Shown piece by piece: positions 12,001-22,621 of a DNA stretch of 64,000 nt (within the stretch, counting starts at the first letter, position 1; each line of letters opens with the position of its first letter). Below the pieces are notes generated by a model that was not told the DNA's origin, ran no database searches, and saw nothing but the letters and a program-made list of their open reading frames with translations. The stretch is taken from assembly GCA_020137815.1 (NCBI GenBank), contig CM035353.1, positions 7,192,001 through 7,256,000 of the forward strand, in the 5' to 3' direction. The DNA is from Hormiphora californensis. Lineage: Eukaryota > Animalia > Ctenophora. The position numbers were made by a program, and so were the translations under genes.

Positions 12001-13324
12001 ATAAATAGGTTCCGCAAAATTTCAGACTTGTAGCTCAAAGTTCATTTTTTGATAGGAATGAACATTATCATTCATTCCAAAAAACATGATTATTCGGTCC
12101 AGAAGTAAAACTATTGTCTTTGGCTTTCGATTTTGTTTCATATGCGACCAAGAAAAGCCAAAACGGACAACCACAAGGCACACAGTGGTCATGTTTCTGA
12201 CAGTTAGTCAGGTCATGTGATCCCCACCGGGGTTCCCCAGGGGCACCATGCCCCTACTCGGTTTTTAGGAAGGGAACACCCGGCCAATTGATTTGGACCC
12301 GCCGGTGCCTGTTTTAGGGTGGCAACAGGAGCCCTGGCGTGTAAGCAATGGTGTATAAGCTACATATGTGTTATACGTGTTTTTTGGAACACCCGGCCAA
12401 TTGATTTGGACCTGCCGGTGCCTGTTTAAGGATGGCAACAGGAGCCCTGGCGTATTAGCAATGTTGGCACTCCAAGTTCTGTTAAATAGACTTGAGTGTT
12501 GTGGTATAAGGTCATAGGGCTGGATTCCCTCTGTTTGGGCAATGCCGATTTATTGCAGGTTGACCGCACCCGTATTGGTCCATCAGGCCCCAGGACCGCG
12601 GCTGTGGGACCACTCCCTAGTCTTTCCCCGAGAGATACCCTCCCCCTGCCCCCTCCCTAGTCCCCCGCGGGACTACCATACCCCCTGAGATAGACAATGG
12701 GCTGCCACAAGGAGTCAGTAATCCAGTCACCTGACTCCCCCCACAGGTCAAAATTTGAGTAAGTATTCAATGAACGCCGTTGAGAAACCTTCGTCATGGA
12801 AGATTTCCAGCCGCCCGCGGTTGGTTTGCTAAGTCAACGGGAATGTGGTCCAAAGGGACCTTTCTAACAAATACCGACCCCCTCAATTTTTATTGGGGGT
12901 GCAAGGGTGTTTTTTGGCCACACCCTTTTACCTATGTTCCTAACCTGGGTTGAAAACTCTGAAGTCAAAGCCATCTTACTATCTAATCTAATTTCGGTTG
13001 CGTTGGATTCAGAAAACCTCCGTGCCTCATTTGCGAATATTCCAAATATTTTGACCTTATACACAGTCAGACACTATATGCTGACATGTTCCTTCGGCCC
13101 GGTGTGAGCGTAAAGTACCGAACAGACAGTGCCGAACAGACAGACTGCGTAGCATGGCAATTGGCAAACACTATGATGCATTATAAAATACCTCTTATAA
13201 AATCTATAAAACCGTAAAAAATATTTTATTTATCTTTAAATAAAATCAAATATTATTTAAGATTTTTGTAAAAGTATAATAGAAGCACACTCACCTCCTC
13301 TGATTTCTGTGAAACTTCTCCCAT
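100..13324 (-). CDS. Possible 5' exons of a gene running off the left edge: exon 13324-13295 (MGEVSQKSEE) and 9-nt microexon 108-100 (DTT)
   Basis: TTTAG-c-ATG..GAG|GTGAGT and TATTTAG|GACACAACG|GTATGT are both phase 0. There is no homology support. Confidence 0.35.
689..800. repeat. 12-bp minisatellite GTAACGGGAA(GA/CT)
   Basis: About nine tandem copies are visible. Confidence 0.9.
930..1220 (-). pseudogene. P2X7 ballast/nanor/KolX-like Zn-coordinating Cys domain fragment
   Basis: An acidic stretch is followed by YCQCGQCGPVPEIEAVCCFDY..SCF, matching the C-x-C-G-x-C-x-x-(M)-P..E-x-x-C-C pattern. The C-terminal half is absent. Confidence 0.6.
2682..2813 (-). pseudogene. F-box motif fragment
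   Basis: MLILLPEEILVIILSYLTWEELF matches the L-x-x-L-P-x-E-I-L-x-x-I-L-S-Y-L consensus. The frame is only 43 aa long. Confidence 0.6.
3394..5858. mobile_element. Non-autonomous piggyBac-like foldback element, copy 1
   Basis: Termini CCCTTTGAGGGCGA..TCGCCCTTAAAGGG with TTAG duplicated on both flanks. Internal ~850-bp inverted arms (~3738-4590 / ~4870-5716). Confidence 0.85.
6900..7850 (-). pseudogene. Decayed Crypton-type (DUF3504-like) tyrosine recombinase with the core motif present twice in tandem
   Basis: Minus-strand translations give RFCLRGGEELAALTIDSI..LKNKQGGWSGINKKPKAITH (~7310-7130) and FCLRGGEELAALT..EITYTERRSKNKQGGLAGINKKPKV (~7075-6920). These match the F-x-L-R-G-G-x-E...E-x-x-S-K-N-x-Q-G-G signature. 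Stops and frameshifts are present. Confidence 0.75.
8797..9007. repeat. Near-perfect palindrome, 104-bp arms, 3-nt loop
   Basis: 8797-8900 is the reverse complement of 8904-9007 with one mismatch. Confidence 0.9.
11149..11305. repeat. Perfect palindrome, 75-bp arms, 7-nt loop
   Basis: 11149-11223 is the reverse complement of 11231-11305. Confidence 0.9.
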
Positions 13325-13807
13325 GCTAAAGGTTGGTAATGGAGGTTGCTGGTTCAAATACCGCTGAGTTTAAGTCTGGAAAACACTCGACCTTCGGTCT
13401 CGTTCTTTAAATTGTAATAAAGGATTTTAAGCCATCATTTAATAATACGTACAATAACACAGTTATTCCAGGTGAAAGTCAGCTTTACTTGTTTGGGCAT
13501 AAAATTTATACTTTTCTGAGAAGTATATATTTTTTCAGAGAATAATCATTTCCATCTTGTCTGATATCCATATGTATGTTGATGGGCTGTCTGGTATTTT
13601 TTTAATGGGGACCACCCAGCGGAGAATTTTATAAAGTTGTTTGTTGCACTCGCGGTACGTTATACTCATGTATGTACAAGGTGGGCCACGGATTGTTCTG
13701 TCGCTAAAGGTCAAATTGAAGCTAGGTGTGACTAGGAGATCGGGTTCGAGTGATTTGATTCATTTGCTTCTCCTCAATAGAAATATTTGATACCCTTAGT
13801 AAATATA

Positions 13808-13905
13808 CAGTCGGACCCCGATTTAGTGGCCCCCGATTTAGTGGCACCCCAATTTAGTGGCAGGATTTTTTCCCCCGAGGATGCCACTAAATCGGGGTCC
13901 GACTG
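13808..13905. mobile_element. 98-bp Tc1/mariner-type MITE
   Basis: TA|CAGTCGGACCCCGATTTAGTGGC..GCCACTAAATCGGGGTCCGACTG|TA. Confidence 0.85.
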
Positions 13906-14603
13906 TATATTCTAAATAATGATATCTGAGCAAGTTAACATGTACGCTGAGATAGAGATGTTGATTTCTCCTAATGGGCGAGAGAACAGCCGTGAATGAA
14001 TCTCAGATTCAGGCACGACTGTCTCCCCCAATGAGTATTCATCAAAAAAAATGAAGCGATCGATTTCATCCTTTTTTCTCTGGTTCGTTTCAATGCAGTG
14101 CCCTTAAAGGTTCTCCTCAAGAACAAATTTGCATTTTCACTGATTTGCATTTCTTCTCGTACATGACTACGCACGCAGCTTGGATTATTTTCATTTGTCG
14201 GACAACTAAGATTGTTAGTTATTTGTTGTTTACAGATCGGCTGGTATAGAATGCTTATTCAACAAATTTACACCTTACTACTCATTGGTAAGTCATTATA
14301 ATATTCAAATCTCGCGTCGATTTACCGGTCGACTCGTCGACGGGGACGAAGGATGACCTGAATAGCATATCCTAACGAGGTTCAGTTCACAATCAATTGG
14401 CAACCGCTCTTACACAATCATGTCAAATATCGTGGTGAACGGTAATATAATTGAGTTGTGCTGTTGCACAATACAATATTACACTAGGGGAATTTATATC
14501 CGTCCGTAAATCGAGTATCATTAGCAAGAATTATATAAAGAATATCTTAAAAAACTGGGTTTGACCGAAAATTGAATCATGCCAGGGACATTAATATCTA
14601 TCT

Positions 14604-17600
14604 ATGGTTTTCTGGAGTCGTATTATTGCATATTATTTACAACAACCCCCTGATCCCACAGGAATATCAGTGGAAATTGAACCACCACCAGATTGCCCTA
14701 TAAAAGTTGTAAATCGAGCACTACAAAGAATTTGTTCCGACACCGTGTACCAATGCCCCTATTCCAAGGCTCGCTTTACGGTTGAGTATAGATTCGTAGC
14801 TTTTAAGCGTGCATATGGATACACAACAAGCAGCGTGTGTCCTGGAGACAAGCTGACTTATCAGGGGTGTGTTATGCGGGACGGGGATGTGACGGTGCGA
14901 GATAATAATTGTGGGCTTCTCTGTGGCAAGAAAGATCTAGTTACCCAGGATTTGGTTTACACTTCCATGTTTTCCAATATTGCGGTAAGTTTTGGGTAGG
15001 GAAACTATAGGGCAATTCGGTACAATTTTTCTAAAAAACCTAGTTAATACTTATATATATTGCTTATACAGCAGGAAGAAAAAATATGTATAGGCTATGC
15101 AATAAAAAGTTTTTCTTTCAGTCGAGTTAAATTTGAAAACTTGAAAAAATCTAACTGGCAGTTTTTGCAAAATCAAAATTGGCCAACCCAAACAGAAATT
15201 ACAGCAGTTTTGAAGCGAAAATTCGGAACAGAACGAGCAGGTCTCCGCTGGAGAAAAAAGTCACGTGACACATGTTATTTTACTGTCCGAATTGCCCAAT
15301 ACATGTCCCACTTTGCCCGGTGCACCGAATAGCCCAAGTTTACCCTACTTTAAACAGCTAAAAGTCTCCAACAGTTAAAATAAAAGTAAGCAGCCGAAAT
15401 ACATGTGCCCAAAAAGTTTCATCGAATTTTAAAATTTATTTAATTCCATTTTATCGTTTTTTAGTCGGAACGGGATCACGTTACTATGAAGAGTTGCACA
15501 GGAACTGCAGCGGCCTGCGACAATCATATCTCGCTTCCAACATTCTCTACTACAAATGCAGTACGGTGTAACGGGGTCTGCGAAGATAATTTTTGTCGAG
15601 ATGAACTGGTCTGCAATGGGTTCAAATATGGTGTTTGGTGTGCTGGTGACATTCTCGCGCCTCATAAAGCGATATACTCTATACTCGACAACTGGCGTTG
15701 CTCTCCTGCACAAATAGAGTTCATAAACACCGTGCCAAAGTGTAAGACCCCAGATAGCCTGGACATATTTCCCGCCTACTCAATGTTGTACAATGGCTCC
15801 AGGTGCCTGCCCATTAGGCATGTTCAGTGTAGCCCCAGCAGTTTGTTTACCCTAACCGAAGTCATTGTGAAACCAGTGTGCAGTAACAAACTCGACCAGA
15901 CCAACTGTACCGATACCAGTCTTGTTCACGGTTCGTGTCTAGTTGGGGGGTTCAAAACCACCCTCTCAAAATACCTTGTTTGTGAGCCTGGGTTTCAGAA
16001 TCAAAGCACGGTCTGCGATGACAGGATAGATGGGGAGTGTGTTGCAGTTAGTCACGGGTGTTACCTCCACAAGCATGTTCTATGTGATGGTAGGAAGCAG
16101 TGTGAGGATGGGGCGGACGAGAGGGGGTGTGGAGGACAGATAACGTATAGAACCTGTAAGCGAAGGGTTGGTGGATACGCCCCAATTCTACTAGACTGGG
16201 TTAATGATGGAGTTGTGGATTGTGAAGATGGTGGGGATGAGGATCCCTCATGGCCAGCCTGTGGAGAGGGCCCCACTAAGAGATACAAGCTGAGCGAACT
16301 GGACCCATGTCAAGACGTGTTCTTGTGTGGAGGAAGTATGTTGGGAGGATTCAAGTTGATGAACCAAGTGTGTGACAAGAAGAGCGTGTGTGGAAATGAG
16401 GGGTTGATTTGCGATAAAACGAGGGCGGGAGTTAGTGATAAGAATGTCCATAACAAAATGTCGGTTGAGAATTATAATACCCTCTACCGGACTGCATTTT
16501 GCTTACCAGGGCTTACCAACCTTCACAAGCAGCACACTACAATAATGAACAAAGTGTCGGGCGACTCAACGGACATGGTGGGATGTCAAAAGAGGGAGTT
16601 TAAGATGGCCCAATACGAGTTTTACGGAAAAGAGAAAAACAAAGCACTGATAACGAATCATCATCAAGTTAGTTGCAGTTATTATTTTGGGGAGTTTTAC
16701 GTTTTGTTTAGCTGTCTGGGCCTCTGCTCCAATGCCGTGTGTCCCCTCACCAAACAACTGAACTCAACATCTTGCACTAACATAGCGAACCCTCGACGAA
16801 TTTACACACTGAATGGGAATGGAAGTGCAATGACATTCGTTGTCCACGAACAAAACTCATACCACAACAACATGTTTCTCTGTGACAACGGGAAATGCTT
16901 GGATTTCGAAAAGGTATGCAACCTGGTGAACGACTGCGGCGATCAATCGGATGAGTTAGTGTGTCAGAACCACTTTAGGTGCAAGACGGGAGATCAGTTC
17001 CTGGCGCTCAGCCAGGTCTGTGATGGAGTGATAGACTGCCAAGATCACTCGGACGAATGTAATGCAGATTGCAATCGCATGAATCGAAGCATTGTCAATA
17101 GGACTGTACTAGAGGTTCTAGCCGGTGTTATAGGAGCTTTATCGGTGGTTGTTAATATCAGAGTCCTTGTCAAGACATTCTGGGAGATTGGAAACATCAC
17201 CAAAGCCAACAAGTACATTAACAAGGTAGTGCTAATTACAATTAGTTTTGGTGATCTGCTGATAGGTCTCTATCTTTTAATTCTCCTCGGCTATGATTTG
17301 GCCCTGCGGGGTAGTGGGTTCTGTGTATCTCAACTCTCATGGTTGTCAGGACTTCCTTGCAGGATGTTGGGTGTTTTAAACACAACCGGATCCCTCATAT
17401 CCGATCTCACCATGGCTATATACAGCTGCACACGATTGAGGGGAGTCTTGAATACGCTACATTTTGAAATGCCTGGAGATGTGGGAGGGAGAGTGAGGGT
17501 AAAATTAGGGTGCTTCTCTGGCTTGGTAATCCTAATTTCAATAATTGTGGCAGCGTTGCCCCTCCTACCCCAGCTGGAGGACGTGTTCGTCAATGGAGTA

Positions 17601-18281
17601 GTTTATGACAAGGAGAACGCCCTATTTTCAGGCATTGTTGACAAAGAGAAGAGCTACAGGGCGATATACGCCTACCATGGACACGATCACAGTCCCAAAA
17701 TGTTGGGATCCTGGGAGACTGTCCGTCAGGCAGTGTCCTCTATGTTCACAGGACAGTATGGTGGAATATCCCAGCAAAAGATATCATTCTACGGAAATGA
17801 TCCAGTCTGTGTTTTCAAGTTCTATGTTACCCCCGATGATCCCCAGGTTGTCTACGTTTGGCTTGTCCTTGCACTCCATTTTGTATGCTTAGTAACGGTT
17901 ATTGTGTGTCATATCAGTGTGTTCGTGGCCATCACCAGGTCCTTTGACCCGTCCATGATGAATGATCAAGTGAGGCTGATGGTGGAAGGAACGGAACTCC
18001 ATCCTCCAGTGGAACATCTCGTGTATCATCTTCACCCATATCTTCACCGTGGGCTCCATTCCTTGCCTCATTGTGCGTTTCACACAGCCGGACTGTATGA
18101 TATGGCACCCATGTACCAAGTGTTCGCGTTGGTTATCCTACCTGTTACCTCGGCACTCAACCCCTTACTTAACAGCAACAAAACAAAGATCATCCGTCGC
18201 AAAGTTATTGCTGCCAAACCTGTCGTGGCGATGGTCAGGTGGGCTAGGCAGAGTGATAAAATTGAGGTGGTGATAAATTGA
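14604..18281 (+). CDS. LDL-receptor class A repeat-containing rhodopsin-type GPCR (GRL101/LGR-like 7TM, no evident LRRs); exons 14604-14984 and 15465-18281
   Basis: LDLa motifs (CDGRKQCEDGADE, CNLVNDCGDQSDE, CDGVIDCQDHSDEC) followed by a 7TM region (SFGDLLIGLYL, SALNPLL). Donor GTAAGT at 14985 and acceptor TTTTAG at 15464 join in phase 0. Exon 1 aligns with the N-terminus of the 33562 paralogue. TM6 is disrupted by compensating frameshifts and the N-terminus is uncertain. Confidence 0.88.
14999..15345. mobile_element. TA-flanked MITE inside the intron of the first GPCR
   Basis: Imperfect TIR GGGAAACTATAGGGCAATTCGGTACA / TGCACCGAATAGCCCAAGTTTACCC with TA flanks. Confidence 0.65.
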
Positions 18282-18823
18282 AACTTTCAAAATGTAAAAA
18301 AGCTTTTAATTCCGTATAACGGTAACATTTTAAGAGTAAAAAAGTTGTGTTTGATTTTGCTGGTCAACAAAACATGTGTTTTTTGTCAGTTATCCCTTTT
18401 AAACTGTGTATAAAATGTATTTGTACTAGGCTATTTTCTACAGATTTTGTGGGGTACTAAAACTATAATATGATCATGGTGTACCCAGTACCACGTGCTA
18501 ACGTGTGGCACTACCCTCCATTACTATGTATTATATATAATATTATGTGGTGACGGCCGGTGAATCGCCTGACAGTTTCACCTGCAAGGGTTAATGCATA
18601 TTACTCAGTTGGCAGTTATGTTGAAGAGCAAAGCACCTAGTGTTCAGTTGACAGCAGTGTTGAAAGGGCCCTTGTTTGAGTGGTACTGCTGCAGCAGTAT
18701 CGATACGATATAGCTCGAAATACGGCACGCTAGAAAGCGTCTTGTTCCTAAACTTTTTACATCTCAAGTAATCATGCACTAATTTCTTTTTTAACATTTA
18801 GCAAATACAATCACTGCTTCTTT

Positions 18824-18828
<5 letters not shown>

Positions 18829-18912
<84 letters not shown>
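18829..18912. repeat. (CT)n microsatellite
   Basis: Direct observation. Confidence 0.95.
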
Positions 18913-18916
<4 letters not shown>

Positions 18917-19004
18917 TGTCTTTGCACTTCCAGCTGAATCGTGTATATAATAGAGGCCGTATAACAGTTTGATTAGACCCGTGTTTCATTGATTTGCTTC
19001 CACA

Positions 19005-21440
19005 ATGACCAATACTGAGGTTGCCGCTGAACAAGCCAAAGATGGGGCTTCCACACCCGCCGCCGCGACTATAACTCTAGCGGTGGAAGAAAAGACTGGC
19101 TTTGGATATCAGAAGATGTCAGGAGAGCAGGTGTTAGAAATAACAGAACGTCTTCACACCACCGAGATCAAGGTACGACACAATTTGTTGGTCACATTGA
19201 TACCTGAGTGAGATCCATTGCAATTAACCATGGAGACTAGCATAGCAAGGAAACTGTATTCTGTAACTTTATTAGATGGTAGATACCTAACTATCAATTT
19301 AGTGTTAATATTGAGCATGCAATGCAAATGAGGATTTGATACATTGCTATATATTCATAGAATTTGGCAATGACATTATTTTCAGGCACGTGTGTCATAC
19401 AAAAATCAGGAACCTCTTGGGACGGGTCAAAACAAAACAGTCACACAAGAAGAGGTAATATATTTGAAATTGTAATATTTTCTGCAGACGTCGTCCAGAC
19501 GTACTACAGACGTACAGACGTACTACAGACGTACTACAGACGTAGTACAGACGTACTACAGACGTACAGACGTTCTACAGACGTAGTACAGACGTACTAC
19601 AGACGTACAGACGTACTACAGACGTAGTACAGACGGGTGGGCGGACTCTAGTGCTAACGGACTCTTTATCTAAATCCAAGGCGGACTCTATATCTAAAAA
19701 CGGACTCTTTATCTACAGTTAGATTTTGAAAAAAGTTTAGATAAAGAGTCCTCCCTGTGTAGACTTTTTAGATAAAGAGTCCGCCCTGTGTAGAATTTTT
19801 AGATATAGAGTCCTCTAGTACATTTTGGCGCCAAATCCTCCAACCCGGACTCTATGTCTAAAATCCTAACCCAACCCAAAACCTAACCCTAACACTAGCC
19901 CTAACCCTAACCTCGAACCCAAATAACGGCCCTAACACTTCTAAATTAGTATAGGGGTAGAGCAAACTCTCGTTTCCGGCCTAACGGCCGAAATCTCGAG
20001 TTCGCGGTGAAAGGCGGACTCTATATCTAATTTAGATTTATGTAGATATAGAGTCCACTTTGTTTAGACTTTTTAGATAAAGAGTCCGCCCTGTGTAGAC
20101 TTTTTAGATATAGAGTCCTCCTAGAGTTTAGACTTATTTGGACTCTTTATCTAAATCTAAATTTAGATATAGAGTCCACTGTAGACTTAGAGTGTAGCAC
20201 TAGAGTCCGCACACCGTACAAGACGTAGTACGTCTAGACGGAAGTTTATAGGCGTACTTCCAACCCGTCTAGACGGTACCCTTTTAGAAGGGTTTTGCCC
20301 CAGACGGGCTTGAAACGGAGTCAGACGGTTTTGAGACGTGCTGGAGACGGCATTACCATTAGTAATAAGTCCTTGAGACGGAACTTCTATTGATGACGTC
20401 GCGACGTCTGAGTTCTGTAAGACGTGCTTGAGCCGGGTTTCCGTCTGGTTTCAGAGATTCCGTCTGATTTAATTCGTCCAACTCTATCTAACTCCGTCTA
20501 AGCTGCTTAGACGGAGTTAGATGGAGTTGGACGAAATCAGACGGAGTTGGACGAAATCAGACGGAGTTGGACGAAATCAGACGGTTAGCGACCTTTTTAC
20601 TTTTAGACGTCCCGGGCTTCAGACGCACGTATCATGCTCGTCTCTTGACATTTTCCCAGTCTGTCGGCTCTCACACCGGGTCTGTCTGGCGCCGCAGACC
20701 CCATCTGAGTGCACTGTCGAGAATCAAATCGGGGTCTGGCTCCGCCAGACTGCACCGGGCCGAAGGTGTAAAACTGAACTTACGCGAGCCCGAAGGAGAT
20801 ATTCATCGCTCGAACGGCAGACTGTGTAGCATGGTAAATATTATATAAATTTAGCCCTTCTGACTCCGTCTGGAGCAAAAACCGTCTAGACACGTGTACC
20901 GTTTGGACGGCGTCTAGAAGGAGTTGGGACGGTGTCTGGACGGCGCCTGTGGTAAAAAACATTTGCCCAGACGTACTACGAACGTCGCGTAATCAGACAT
21001 TCAATGGACGTAGTATACTGCTACATTGCTACGGGCTACGGGCTAGGGCTACTGCAGATGTAGTTCAAACGTACTCCGGGTGTTTACTCGAACGACAGAC
21101 TGCGTAGCATGGCATTGCCATTGGCAAGTTTTTAGATTTTGGAAAAATATGTGTCAAATTTTTCCATGCTACGCAGTCTGTCTGTTCGGCACTTTAAGCG
21201 CAGTCTGTCTGACGTCTGTTCGGGCTCGCGTAAGCTGACAGACAAGGAACATGGCAATCTAATGTATGAATTATATTATTAAAATGTTGGCCCCTCTCCC
21301 TGCAGGTTGAAGCCATTGTTGCGAGATTAAGCACCATGAAAAAACCACCCCCAGAGAGCAAACGAATTGGTGCAGCTGTCAGCTATGGAATTCTTAATTC
21401 ATACGCCTGGAAGGGGTGGAAGACAAGGGATGCTCTATGA
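19005..21440 (+). CDS. Small two-exon uncharacterised protein (~100 aa) ending GILNSYAWKGWKTRDAL
   Basis: Exon 19005-19172 (donor GTACGA) joins in phase 0 to exon 21306-21440 (acceptor CTCCCTGCAG) and is open to TGA. Contains two similar motifs (LEITERL, EAIVARL). Confidence 0.7.
19634..20216. mobile_element. MITE with GGACTCT(A/T)TATCTA subrepeats and a central CCCTAA-like tract, nested in a CAGACG-rich repeat (~19485-21080)
   Basis: TIR ..GCGGACTCTAGTGCTA / TAGCACTAGAGTCCGC... The flanking CAGACGTACTA repeats continue on both sides. Confidence 0.75.
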
Positions 21441-21444
21441 GTTA

Positions 21445-22048
21445 GGCTATAAGCATACTGATCGTGATGATCATAATCAGGTCAGTGTGCGGACGTTTTG
21501 ATGGTCACCATCAAAGGAGCGCACACACTGATGGTTATCATCATGATCGAGGCTTGATGAATCATGATGTTCTCAAACCATAGTGTGTTCACGTTTGATC
21601 ATCATAAACCATAGTGTGCGCACGTTTGATCATCATATACCATGTTCAACTTGCTGGAACTTGCCGTTTGATCATGATCATCATGACCAGTGTGCTCAGC
21701 ATGATGATGCTATCTCCCCCTTGCCTCCTCTTGCCTAGTCGCGCGCTCTGAGAGGCTGTTGCATATCACGTGACCTGTACAACAGCCTCTCGCGCGCGCG
21801 AAGTCGTACCACGTGGTACATATCACATGACTACAGTGCAGCCCTCCATAAGAATAAGATCAGAACGTGCGCACACTAGGTGTTGATGATCATCATCCAA
21901 CTTAAGAGACGGCTCCAGTGCCAGCTCTTACGTGATGATCATAATGTTGCGCACACTGCAGTTTTTTGCAGATGATGATGATCAAAACCATGAGCACACT
22001 TCATCTTTTTAACTGATTATGATCATCACGATCAGTATGCTTATAGCC
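21445..22048. mobile_element. PIF/Harbinger-like MITE just after the stop codon of the small gene
   Basis: Perfect ~36-bp TIR GGCTATAAGCATACTGATCGTGATGATCATAATCAG, flanked by TTA and TCA. Confidence 0.8.
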
Positions 22049-22621
22049 TCAGAATGAGAAAACGATCTCCAAAGCATCATGGAAATAAAACAGCTGTAAA
22101 TGTTTAAATATTTAATCAAATTTCATTGCAAAGCTCTTAAACTGCAGTTGTTTCTAATCTTCGGTTGTCAATTAATTAATTCGACAGTTTTATGTCACAT
22201 AAAAGCAAGAAAAAAACTAATATAGAAGAAAAGATAAATAATGTTCGTAGCGTGCCAGTATTTGAAAACTGCACTGCTGAGATGCGCGCAGCAGCTGCAT
22301 CACAAAATTAATGCGCGCGCAATAATTTTCCAAAATTTTCGCGATTTTTCAGGGCAAAAATTTCGCGATTTTTCAGGGCAACTTTTCAGGGCGCCGTTAC
22401 GATCTGGGTGTTTGGAGGCCTGTTTACAGGTGCGCGCTGCCAAAAAAGTTGATTCACTAAAATGGCTCTAACCGCCAAACCACTTAACCGTTTTGGCTGA
22501 TTCAAAGTTTATCTGGTAGGGAATGTCAAGGCCTAAACTTTTCAACACTACTTTAAACAAATTAATTTGAGCAGGAAGATGAATCCGATGTAACAGCCCC
22601 AAAGGGCAGAAAAACGAAACG

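Noticed and set aside
18798-19034. ER-, SL- and HT-repeat ORFs (also 49444-49804 and 56234-56600)
   Set aside because: They are microsatellite translations.
19485-19635. CAGACGTACTA repeats (and the 97-bp mini-units) as a CRISPR-like array
   Set aside because: There are no unique spacers, the context is eukaryotic, and there are no cas genes.
19865-19935. CCCTAA-like tracts (also 23745-23800) as telomeres
   Set aside because: They are short, degenerate and internal; the first lies inside a MITE.
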